Below, piece by piece: positions 22,036 through 32,442 of a stretch of 64,000 nucleotides of DNA. The number at the start of each line of letters is the position of its first letter. Position 1 is the stretch's first letter. The notes under the pieces were generated by a model that ran no database searches, had not been told where the DNA came from, and saw only the letters and a program-made list of their open reading frames with translations. The stretch comes from Tetramitus jugosus. Its lineage: Eukaryota > Protista > Heterolobosea. Position numbers and translations under genes: made by a program. Location of the stretch: NCBI GenBank assembly GCA_937625935.1, contig OW569349.1, positions 496,001-560,000 of the forward strand, given 5' to 3'.

Positions 22036-23475
22036 TTAAAACTTGAAGTTTGAGCCTTGAGACATATCGTACACGAGTTGGACCGATCCTTGATCGATAC
22101 CCTCACCAGATAGCTTCACTTCGATGGTTTTGACCTCGGAGCGACCTTCCTTAGAGTTTTGACACTCTTCGAGCAAGGATCCAAGGTCGATCGAGGCCTT
22201 TCCCATAAAAGCATGAGCAAATATGTTATCATGATCAAACACTTTGACCACGAGCTCAGGATCCTCATGATTCATAGAGTCTGCATGTCTGTTGTTATCA
22301 TTCTTCATGGATGGTGGTCTTCTGGTTGAGTGGACAACAAATGAGAAGCTCTGATTGAATGATGGATTTCTTGAACCGAGCACATGAGAAGTATTCTGTC
22401 TACATTGTCCAATTTGAAGTGTAACATACGGATCAGGATTCCTCTTGAATCCAACCTTTGTGTCAATTAGATTTTGAGCACCTCCAAGGAACACACGGAA
22501 ACAGTATGCGTACTGTTGTGGTTCAGCATGTCTGCTATTGGGTGGAGAACGAACAGCACACGAGGCTCTCTTTCTGCCCGAAGGTGAGAGGTTTTGAAGA
22601 ATGGATCTTCTCTTTTCGAATGGAGACTTGACCATACGGAAGACACTCGCAATTTTTTCTTCATTGCTCAAAAAGTCATACTCGTCCTGTTCGGTCAACC
22701 ATTCATCACCGTCCTTATGGGCACCAGACTCATCTTCAAATAGTAGTCTCTTTGGTAGAGGTGATCTCTTTGGAGATCTGTATGAACTAGGTCTCATCTG
22801 ACTGGCACTCAAAGCCATTCTAGAGCCTGGTGTTGACATCTTTGGTGTGAGAGCCATACCGAGCAAGGATCTGGATTTGGACATAGAGGAGACAAGAGCA
22901 CTCGGGGATTGATGCAAAGTTTGCAATGGGGAACTTTGAACTGGGGAATGAACGGGAGAGTGGAAAGTTTCAATACGATCAGAGAGATCAGACATTGGAG
23001 TATTCTTTTGAGTACTTCTCTTGAATGAAAGGAAGCCCAGCTTCTTAGCAGAGCTATTTGGAGCTGTCATGGGAGTTTTCGAAGGTGTCTTTGAGGGAGT
23101 TTTTGAAGGCGAGAAGAATTTGTTCTCCTTTTCTGGCTTGACTGGTGTGGTTGAAGTGATTCTCAAACATGGTCCACTGCCCAGTTCAGACCAACCGTTC
23201 AACTTCTGATCGTATTCAGTCATTGGTGTAATGGGAATTGACATGTTGGTGGCAACGGTGGATGGTGTGACCATTGGAGTACGATGAAGTGGGGTTCTTG
23301 TTGGCTTATGGGTCTTTCTCTTCTTGGGAGTGATGATATTCTTGAGTGCGACGGATGCATTCTCTACAAGGTGACCAAATGGATTGGCTTCGTACTCTTG
23401 CTGTTCAACATCAACGTCTTGCTTCTCAAACGTACTAATACGACGCTTCTTGACGGATCGGATCAAGTTGATCAT
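22036..23475 (-). CDS. C2-domain protein with an S/T-P-rich disordered N-terminus
   Basis: C-terminal C2 motifs NPDPYVTL, NPSFNQSFSF and VKVFDHD..FMGKASIDL. Confidence 0.82.
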   Translation of the reverse strand: MINLIRSVKKRRISTFEKQDVDVEQQEYEANPFGHLVENASVALKNIITPKKRKTHKPTRTPLHRTPMVTPSTVATNMSIPITPMTEYDQKLNGWSELGSGPCLRITSTTPVKPEKENKFFSPSKTPSKTPSKTPMTAPNSSAKKLGFLSFKRSTQKNTPMSDLSDRIETFHSPVHSPVQSSPLQTLHQSPSALVSSMSKSRSLLGMALTPKMSTPGSRMALSASQMRPSSYRSPKRSPLPKRLLFEDESGAHKDGDEWLTEQDEYDFLSNEEKIASVFRMVKSPFEKRRSILQNLSPSGRKRASCAVRSPPNSRHAEPQQYAYCFRVFLGGAQNLIDTKVGFKRNPDPYVTLQIGQCRQNTSHVLGSRNPSFNQSFSFVVHSTRRPPSMKNDNNRHADSMNHEDPELVVKVFDHDNIFAHAFMGKASIDLGSLLEECQNSKEGRSEVKTIEVKLSGEGIDQGSVQLVYDMSQGSNFKF

Positions 23476-24048
23476 GGTGGGTAATGTGGGTCGTTGGTGT
23501 TATTGTTGTTGCGGTGCGCAGTTTATGTGTTTGGTTGTCATTGGAAATGTGACATGGTCAATGACAAATTAAACCACATCCTGACATCGGGGTTTCTAAA
23601 AAAATTTCGTAACGTTAAAATTTTTGATTTTCGGTCAAATTCATTCAGCGAACCGATTGAACAGAAGCCCGCCAAAACGAACCCAACAGAGACGGGTCAT
23701 CTTATTCGGCGGCTCGCTTGTCTTTATTATCTTCTTGGAGATGACTTGTTCCAGGCATTCATTCACGTGGTTGTCTATCACTCAAAGTACAAGGCTGATC
23801 CGTCTGCAACTGAGCCAGTCTGAGCCTTCTTCCCAACTGTGCGAACGTACGAAGAAAACTTCCCAACCATCCCACAACATGTCCTATACCCCGAATCAGG
23901 TCCATTGTATCGTGAATCATGGGTTCGCTCTCTTTCCATAAGTGGCTCATCTCATTTACGGTGGATAGCGAAGAGGAAACGCCGCAAAATATGGACCTTC
24001 ATGCGCACAGCAGAAAGAAACAAGTATTGTTTGAACTCGTCAGTGAAT

Positions 24049-27000
24049 ATGAAGAATTGGAGCGCACAAGCACTACTAACAAAGAAAAGTACTGACTCCA
24101 CCAAATGGTTTCTGATACTTTATTGGTTTCTTCACTTAATAAGTTCAACGTTCGTCTGTGCCAATGTGAATAGTGATTTGTTAAATTTGTCAAAAGTACC
24201 GAATGGACATCAATGTAAGTGGTTATCTCTTTAGTTTGGAAGCATGACGAATTTACTCATCGATGTTGCGCCTTCTTCTCGATTCGTATTGATTAGTTCC
24301 TCAAATATTTAAGGTGAGTGACACATTTACACAATTCGCAATTGATTTTGTGAACAACAACTATACTTGGAGCATATCATTTTGTTCCATGGACAGCGAT
24401 AGTGATGGTAAAACAAATGGAGACGAGTTGGGTGACCCTTGTTGTGTATGGAGCCCATTTTCTTCGCCAAGGAGAACGAATGAATCCAGTCTATCGGATC
24501 CGAGTGACCCTAACCACATAGTGTCATTTGGAAGTGCAATGAATGAAATAACGTTGAGTAAGATAACAGTAGATCCAACCGCTTTTAGTGCATCGATAGT
24601 TTGGATCGAACCAAATCCATTAGAGGCAACCGTCTGCTCATATGAAATCTATATGAGTACGTTGACTGGATTGGATTATCAAAATATTCAATCAGTCAGC
24701 TATCATTCGAACTCTTTTACGGTACTTGACTTAGAACCTGAGATGGACTATGGGTTCCGAGTGCGAGGTGTAAATCTTCGGCCAGGAAAGACTATCGAAA
24801 CAACAACACGGACTTCGAAAGAAATATTTGCGACTGGATCTGGAGACAACTGCTCGAGAGATACTATTCAATGGTCCGACTATTTTCCGATCAATACTAC
24901 TGATTATAGTTTCCTTCTGATTCCATTTAACAAGACTGTAGAACTCGACATGGACACAGTGCCAGAGATAGGTACATTAGAAATTCAAGGATGTCTAATC
25001 TTTAAGGATGATGGAGATAAATATTTGGCTGCGAGTCTGATATCTGTCACTGGCTTGTTGCAAATAGGAACAGAAGAAAACCCATTCACCAACAAAGCTA
25101 CGATTACGCTCACAGGAGATTCTTCAAATTCGACTAACATGGGAATAGGAAACAAATTGCTAATAGTCACAGCGGGAGGATTGTTGTCTTTACATGGAAG
25201 AAACCATTCCATCTCTTGGACAAGGTTAAATAGGACAGCCAGAGAGGGTGACTCGATAATTAGAGTAGAGGAGCCTGTGAGTACATGGAGTGTTGGAGAC
25301 GAGATTATTATTAGTAGTACCGACTACGATTATCGCCAAGCTGAACAATTTACGATTACTGCTATTTCATCTGACGGTAGAGACATCACTCTCAATCGGC
25401 TTCTCAATTTTATGCACTATGGCGAAGATCAATTTTACTTAAAATCAGATGGAAAGATATCAACCTTGTCTGAGAGAGCTGAGGTAGGATTACTGAGTCG
25501 AAATATAGTCATACAAGGTGATGAATCGTCGCTAGATTCTTCGTATGGAGGACAAACCATGTTCACTTCTACATCGAAGATAATCCAGATTCACGGAGTT
25601 GAATTTCGTAGAATGGGTCAACGCGGTATTATTGGACGATATCCAGTTCATTTTCACATGAAAGGGAATGCAACAAAATCCTATGTTAAACACTCTTCGA
25701 TCCATGACTCTTACCAAAGAGGTTTAGTGTTACAAAAAACGAATAGGTTAATTGTTTCCGATACTATTGTGTCGAATACATTTGGTCACGGATTCATGCT
25801 CGAGGGAGGAGTAGAAGAGTCTAATATCTTCTATAGATGCTTGTCCTTGGGAACGAGGGAAATACATGATGATTTTTCAATCAGCTACCCAAAGAACGTT
25901 GATGCTACTCCAGCTTCTTTCTTTATTTCGAATACGAATAACAATATCTCCCTTTGTGCTGCGGGAGGAAGTGCAGGTTATGGCTTGTGGTATTATCTAA
26001 CTCCCTATGCTACAATGGGAACCACTATGACTGCTTTCATTCAACCGGACACTTGGTTCTGGGGATCTCTGAACTTTTTTAGCGCACATAGCAACGCTAT
26101 TGATGGAATTTCCATAGGTCCCAGTTTCTCTCCGTGTGCATATCCCGATACTCCTGGTGTGGGACCTTGTGGTTCTCCAGGAAATCCATACATTGTGCCT
26201 GAATTCATTAAACTTCAGGCATATAGAAATAAGGCACACGGCTTCTTCGCAGTGTTGGTATCAACCTTCGAGCTTGTAGATAGTGTCTTTGCAGATAATC
26301 CAATAGGTTTGACGTTCGAGAGATTGAAGGAATCAGCTTATGTAGGCAACAGCATATTCGTGGGCGAGTCAAGTAATAGAGGAAATCCTGGTAATTGTTC
26401 TTCTAATGAGCATCAATGTTTTGAATGTGAAGATTATCTGTCGAATCCTGATTCTAAATATCGAAGAAGCACCGAACAAAAAGACACTCCTCTGATAGGT
26501 GTCAAATTACACAAAGGAGGAGGAACCCTCCTAGTTGATGATTTAGATTTCTTTGATTACCAATCGAATTGTGTTAGAAGGGCAATGGCTATTGATTTGA
26601 GAAACGAAGCAGATGTGAATGTGAATCCTCTTGATTTTGTGTTCAAAGATGTTCATTTCCATCAAGCAAACCAACTCTATCATTTCGCGAATTCAGACAC
26701 AGAGGAGAATTCTTCATTCTCGGATATGTATCAGTCTGCTGTTTTGCTTGACCAAGATGGAAGCTTAACGAGAATAGAGCGACAGAATATTTCTGCCTTG
26801 GTGAACGTTTCAGGAGGATTCATGGTAGTGCCTAACAATCCCATCATGATAGATCCCGAAAGGTGCTACTTTTCTGAAAATTGGAACATGTATATATGCA
26901 AGAGAGATTTGCTGTATTACTCTGCAAGCATCGAGATGGTGGGCAAGAATTCAATCAGCGACCTGACTCCCGTTTTGTATTCAGTCACTCAGTCAAATGG

Positions 27001-29209
27001 AAAGAATTTATACATCAAGTTTTTGGGTACAATGATTAATTCTCATACAGTGGAGTATAGAATGCTAATTCCGAGACTCAACAATGTGCAATATCATATT
27101 GACTGGTCAACATCCTACGATCCACAGACAATATCACTTAAGTATAGTTATGACACTGCTATCCCAGTCTATATGAGGTTCCATCGGGAGGATGGACCCA
27201 TACAAACACTTATATCATCTCAACATCAACAAGAAGCACTCAATCCTATGAATTCTACAAAGAACAACTTCTCTTTGGATTGTTTGACAAATGAGGTGAA
27301 AATCTTCCTAATGAAACAAATAACAACTCAGATTAGCATGGCAGATGAAGTACCCCCTTACAAGCAATGCTTACCTCTGAATAAAACATATTGCAAGGAT
27401 GTAAGTTATTGTGGAGAAGATAGGGCGATATGTATTGGAGTTAACAAGTGTATTTGCAAGTGGGGATGGTGGGGTCATGCTTGTCAACATTTTCACTGCG
27501 CGCATGTTCATCACTGTTCTGGACAAGGTTCATGCATTGGTCCAAATATCTGTCGTTGCTTTCCTGGTCGGAGAGGAGAGGATTGTTCAAAGAGGGAGTC
27601 TGTCACTTACTCACCAGTGGTGGCATTTGGAGATGTGCATTTACAGACGTTGGATGACGTCTTTTATCAGTTTAATTCCATTGGAGAGTTTTACCTATTG
27701 AAAAGCAAAGAGTTGTCTCTTCAATCTCAACTAGTTCCCTGTAGAGTCGAGGACAATGTAACCAGTGTTACTTCTTGTTTGAGATCGTTAGCTTTTACAA
27801 ATGGATTGGATAGAGTTGAGATGTATGCATATGGAATTGAGAGAGTGGTTCTGATGTTGAATGGAGAGAGGGTCGCCATCGATTCTGGCCCAATCCTCAA
27901 GGCTCCTCAACTATTCAATGGAACCTCTTTCGTGAAGCCGTCATTGTCGAATCCAGAGTTTTACTCATCGATCAGAGACCAAACCGATCCACAACATCTA
28001 TCTCATATTCAAGAGTATGTTTCTGCTCCAATCAATCTAATTCAGTTACAAGGTGGCGCCACAATAAGAGAAGAGTTCTTGATGGATTCAAATCGAACAA
28101 GGTTGCCACGAGCCATAATATCTGTTGATATCGAAACATCTGATGGTATGGATTCGAAATTCTTAGGTAGAATTACAATTAGAAATGACGGAGTGGGATA
28201 CTTGTCTTTATCAGTGGCAATAGTACCACAAAACAGCACCTTCACTGGCGATGAGAAAGGTGGACTTCTTGGCACTCCTGATCACAATCCAGATAACGAA
28301 TTCATTCTCAGAAATGGTACAGTTTTGATTCATCCAGATACAACAACGATCCATCTCTTATTTGGAGAAACTTGGAGAGTACCTTTCAACGAATCTCTAT
28401 TCTCCAATTCTACAGCTAATACTGATCATAGTGTCTTCACATCATTATATCTGCGATATACCGGAAATATCAACACGACAGGTGAAGCATTGAAAGCAAA
28501 AGCGATTGCTGTATGTTCTGATACGCTCGGACTACGGGACAAGTTTCTCTCTGCTTGTCTCTATGATATTTCTGCGACTCGCGACATTCAGTATGCCTTA
28601 GCGAGTGCCACTGCCCAACTTAGTATCAGTTGTGATATCGACAGTGCAAACAGTGCAGTCTGCCAGAAGCTCGCATGTCCAAATTTTTGCAATCTGAATG
28701 GAATGTGTGTCCATGGAGTGTGCAAGTGCGATGATACTCATTCAGGAGCAGATTGCAAAACAACTGTACCTGGAAGACTCTCATGGACACCTTATGCTAT
28801 TGCTGGTATTGTCATTGGAGGTGTGGTAGCAGTCACTGCTACATTGGGCTTCATTGTGTTGGTAGTTCTCGCCATATTGAGGCTAAAGGTCGCTCAATCC
28901 AAAATCATTTCACATGAGAGCTCGACAATGACAAGAACCATGATCAACAACAGTAGAAGCTCTTCAAGCCTCGATTTCTCACCTCCATCCATGACACCGA
29001 GCTCCAGTCGAGGATCGTTCGCCAACTGGAAATCACAATACATTGAACCACCAGTCTTACCTATCGATCATAGTGGAACAGGAAGAAGTAACGGCACAAG
29101 AGTGATGCCGCTCTACTTGACTAAATCAAGTTCATCGCGTCGTGTCCTCATGTCATCAACGAGTCAGCTACCACCATTTGACATGGACGACGAGGTCACT
29201 TACAACTAA
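24049..29209 (+). CDS. Type I membrane protein: temptin-like + FN3 + G8/beta-helix + EGF + VWD-like + EGF + TM; exons 24049-24214, 24297-29209
   Basis: Signal-like WFLILYWFLHLISSTFVCA; intron 24215-24296 keeps the frame; DSDSDGKTNGDELGDPCCVW (temptin), LQIGTEENPFT and GRYPVHFH (G8 family), EGF cysteine patterns, FGDVHLQTLD (VWD), TM IAGIVIGGVVAV. Confidence 0.85.
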
Positions 29210-29807
29210 CTCTCCTAGCAACACAATAAAGCAGCAAAACAACATACACAACACAGAATTTCAATTACAATCAATTTTAATATACATGAGAATCGTTCGC
29301 TCAACAGCTCGAAAGATCTAATGCGTGATCGGCGTATGAGTAATCTTCTGGGGTAATGGTTTCTTTGGATTGTTCTTAACTGTCGAGCAAAGGTATTGGA
29401 AGATGGCAGGGCAGGTGAGCGAGACAAACGCTACATTCATGAACACAATAATACCGATCCTTCTCGTTGTTGGTATTGCCCGTCTCGTTGAGAGACGAAT
29501 CCGGTTCCAATCCAACCCTTGTGGCCCTGTTGTGTGTCTGTTTGATTGTTGCATTTTTCAAGTTCAACTTTTTCTGTCAGAGTCGGTAAAAAATTTGTTT
29601 ATTACAATTGTTACTTTTATCTATTTGCACAACACTTAGAGTACAGGCTTATGGAACGCGTTACAAACAGTCCATTTCTTGCTGCTGATACTGGTGGATG
29701 CTACTTCTGTTATTATTCTGCTTCTTAATGAACGGATGGTGGACTATCTGCTACTTGCTGCTTTTGTTAACTACCTAGGTGTTGTTGCTGTTGGTCACTG
29801 CAACTCT

Positions 29808-31814
29808 TCATGTAGCTGCCTCGCTAGTATTGGAACTATTGGATACAGAGGCAGCGTGTTCACGGGATGAAGTTGAGGAAGATGATACTGATGATTGAGT
29901 GTGCTCATGATGGAATGGATAGGCTTGTGCACTGCTGTAATGGACTTGTTGTTTTTGTGTGGGCAAATGATGTTGTGGAATGGGTGGTTGCTCTGTTGTT
30001 CCTTTGAGGGAGAACTGCGGCAATAAGAGGGTCTGTTGTTGTTGTGGAGATGAGCTCGCACGAGGCAACACAGAGGAATGGCTTGGAGGTTGTTGAGCGT
30101 CTTGTTTCTGGCTTGCTGCGCTGCTACTGCTGCTGGTAGCGCTTGAGATGCCATCAGATTGATCTCCACGTGCCAACAACAAGTGAGGCATGAGTGGAGG
30201 AAGAGAAGGAGGAGGTAGATGATCAAATCTGCCACCTAGTTCACTCGTGTTGTCCATGACACCACCACGTCCGAACGGAAAGAGGTGAAATGGTTGCTGT
30301 TGCTGTTGCTGTTGTTGCTGCTGTTTTTGCAGAATGTCAGACAACTGATTCTTTGTCTCCGATAATTGTCGCTGCAGCAACTGAATATATTGGTCCTTTT
30401 CTTCAAGAACAGCTCTGAGCTTCATCACCTCTGCTGCATCAAAGCTCTGTTGTTGCTGTTGCTGTGGCTGATATTGCACTGAGGGGTGATAATGACTCTG
30501 TGGAGGAGATGGTGTTTCTCTCTTGGGAAACTTTGCCATTGGTTCACTTGTGCTGCTGCTCGTGTATTGACCTGCGGTGGACAGTGGTGGATGCTCATCG
30601 ATCAGTAAGCTACCAATACTGGAGGATCTTGATCTCTTAAGGAGGCCTCCACTTGGTCCCATCATGTTAGTGGGACTAGAAGCGCCCTTGTCCTGTTGAT
30701 ACACGAGCGATGGAAGCAAAGGAGGTGGAGAAGTCGATGGATTTGAGCCCGTAGATGATCTTCTCGCGCCATTTCCAGAATCCTTTTTGCGCTCTTGATT
30801 TTTTGGTTTTGCGACGCGGTGCCAGTAACGTTTACTGTAGCAAGCGGGGCAGACGCGACCGCTGCTTCCGTCGTAATGAGGGAACACAGCCTTGTAATCG
30901 TCGACGTGGTAGCGTGACTGATAGCTTCTCTTTGTGCAAATGGCCTTGCAAATGACGCAAATTTCTTGTTGTTGCTGACCTTGATTGTTGCCATGTTGAG
31001 CAGCTGAAGAAACAGAGGATCTTCTTCTCTTGTTCGTAGCTTTCTCCTGTGGTGGTTGTTGTTGTGATGTGGATACACCAGAAGCTACTGCTGCTGCAGT
31101 ACTGTTTCTTCTTTTCTTGGTCTTGTCTTCAGGACTAATAGACTCTGCGATTGGATGGTGTTGTTGTTGGTGTTCTATTGGATATGGTTGTTCTGCAGAG
31201 CTGCTGCTTCTTCTTCTACCACCAGTAGCAGTAGTAGTAGCATGGTTGGAGCTTCTTGTGCTACTCACACTACTGATGCTACTGTTGCTGGTCTTTCTTC
31301 TTGGTGGCACATGACTATCATCATCATTATCACTGTATGGTGAAGATGGTTCTTCTTCTTCTTCGTTTTCTTGTTGACGACTACGACGATGATGATGATG
31401 ATGGTGATGATCATCCTCATCTTCATCATAGCTCTCTGATGCATACAATGATGATTCATCTTGCTCAGTGTCTACTTGTGAGTCAAACGATGTTTCCTCT
31501 TCGTGTTGATGAGCATGAGATGAGTCGTATGGAGCTGCAGCAGCTGCATGTTCATGTTGTTGTTGCTGTTGTTGCTGCTGTTGCTGCAAGTAATAATGGT
31601 GGTGATGGTGAGGATAGGTTTCTCCTCTGGCTGCCGCAGAAGCCACCATTTTTTTGAGCGTGTATTTGGAAGTGCAAGCTTCATGCTGCTGGTTGAACGA
31701 GAGCAATTTTTGAGCAGCAAAAGAGTCTTGTTGAGGTAACAGTTCCTCTTGTTGCTGCTGGGGATGATGTGGCTTGTTTATGGTTAATTTTTGGCTTAGA
31801 ATGTGTTGCTTCAT
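29808..31814 (-). CDS. Low-complexity nuclear-type protein with a CxxC...CxxC zinc-binding module and coiled coil
   Basis: 668-aa ORF; CVICKAIC...CPACY; basic NLS-like KKRR/KRRR clusters; coiled coil LRAVLEEKDQYIQLLQRQL. Confidence 0.75.
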   Translation of the reverse strand: MKQHILSQKLTINKPHHPQQQQEELLPQQDSFAAQKLLSFNQQHEACTSKYTLKKMVASAAARGETYPHHHHHYYLQQQQQQQQQQHEHAAAAAPYDSSHAHQHEEETSFDSQVDTEQDESSLYASESYDEDEDDHHHHHHHRRSRQQENEEEEEPSSPYSDNDDDSHVPPRRKTSNSSISSVSSTRSSNHATTTATGGRRRSSSSAEQPYPIEHQQQHHPIAESISPEDKTKKRRNSTAAAVASGVSTSQQQPPQEKATNKRRRSSVSSAAQHGNNQGQQQQEICVICKAICTKRSYQSRYHVDDYKAVFPHYDGSSGRVCPACYSKRYWHRVAKPKNQERKKDSGNGARRSSTGSNPSTSPPPLLPSLVYQQDKGASSPTNMMGPSGGLLKRSRSSSIGSLLIDEHPPLSTAGQYTSSSTSEPMAKFPKRETPSPPQSHYHPSVQYQPQQQQQQSFDAAEVMKLRAVLEEKDQYIQLLQRQLSETKNQLSDILQKQQQQQQQQQQPFHLFPFGRGGVMDNTSELGGRFDHLPPPSLPPLMPHLLLARGDQSDGISSATSSSSSAASQKQDAQQPPSHSSVLPRASSSPQQQQTLLLPQFSLKGTTEQPPIPQHHLPTQKQQVHYSSAQAYPFHHEHTQSSVSSSSTSSREHAASVSNSSNTSEAAT

Positions 31815-32442
31815 CTTTTGTGTCTCTTTTTGTTGTAGTTGTGTTGTCAGTGAGAGTTTTAGTTGAAGCGATTGATTATGAGTTGTGTGGTGGTGGGTAG
31901 ATGGAATGGAGGTGAGTTGAGAGCTTTTTCACACTTGTGGAATCCTTGTTGTATGGGTTGTTGGGGTTTTTGGAAGCTATTGATAGGTTGTAGTTGTTGT
32001 TAACACATATGAGAGTTTTTGTATCAGTTTTTTTATGTGTGCGTTTGTGGTCTATGTGTTGTTGTTGTGTTTGTTTGCGTGGTTTGTGTGCGGTTGCTTG
32101 TTTGTGTTGGTTGGAGCGAAGCGTTTTGTTTGTTTGGCCCCACCAAAACACTTGGGATATTTTTGGCGGGATCGGGTCAGAGATCTAGCGGTGGTTTAAT
32201 CCCAAATAGGAGAAAATTCAAGCAGCAACGTCCAAAACGGTTATGAGAGGACTACCAATCGACTGTTAGTTGATGGTCTATTATTTTTTGGTCTAAACCG
32301 ATCAAAGATAATGGCACGAGTGAGAGCTGAGTAGTATGCTCCATTGTGTTCACATGACAGTGATCGATGGAATAGAAAGTTAAATAAAAATGATGTGTGG
32401 AGCCAGAAATGGAATGGCGGTTGGTTTTATCTGTGTGAAAAA

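Noticed and set aside
23759-24002. Minus-strand MKVHILR start resembling APC11
   Set aside because: No RING cysteine/histidine pattern follows in any frame.
23494-24234. Two same-frame ORFs separated by a single TGA at 23821-23823 (possible selenocysteine or readthrough)
   Set aside because: The translation has no redox motif or recognisable domain and I saw no SECIS. The 3' part is explained by exon 1 of the G8 gene.
29215-29800. Short ORFs and small hairpins (CGTCTC/GAGACG) between convergent genes
   Set aside because: All frames are interrupted by stops and the stems are short; consistent with 3'UTR.
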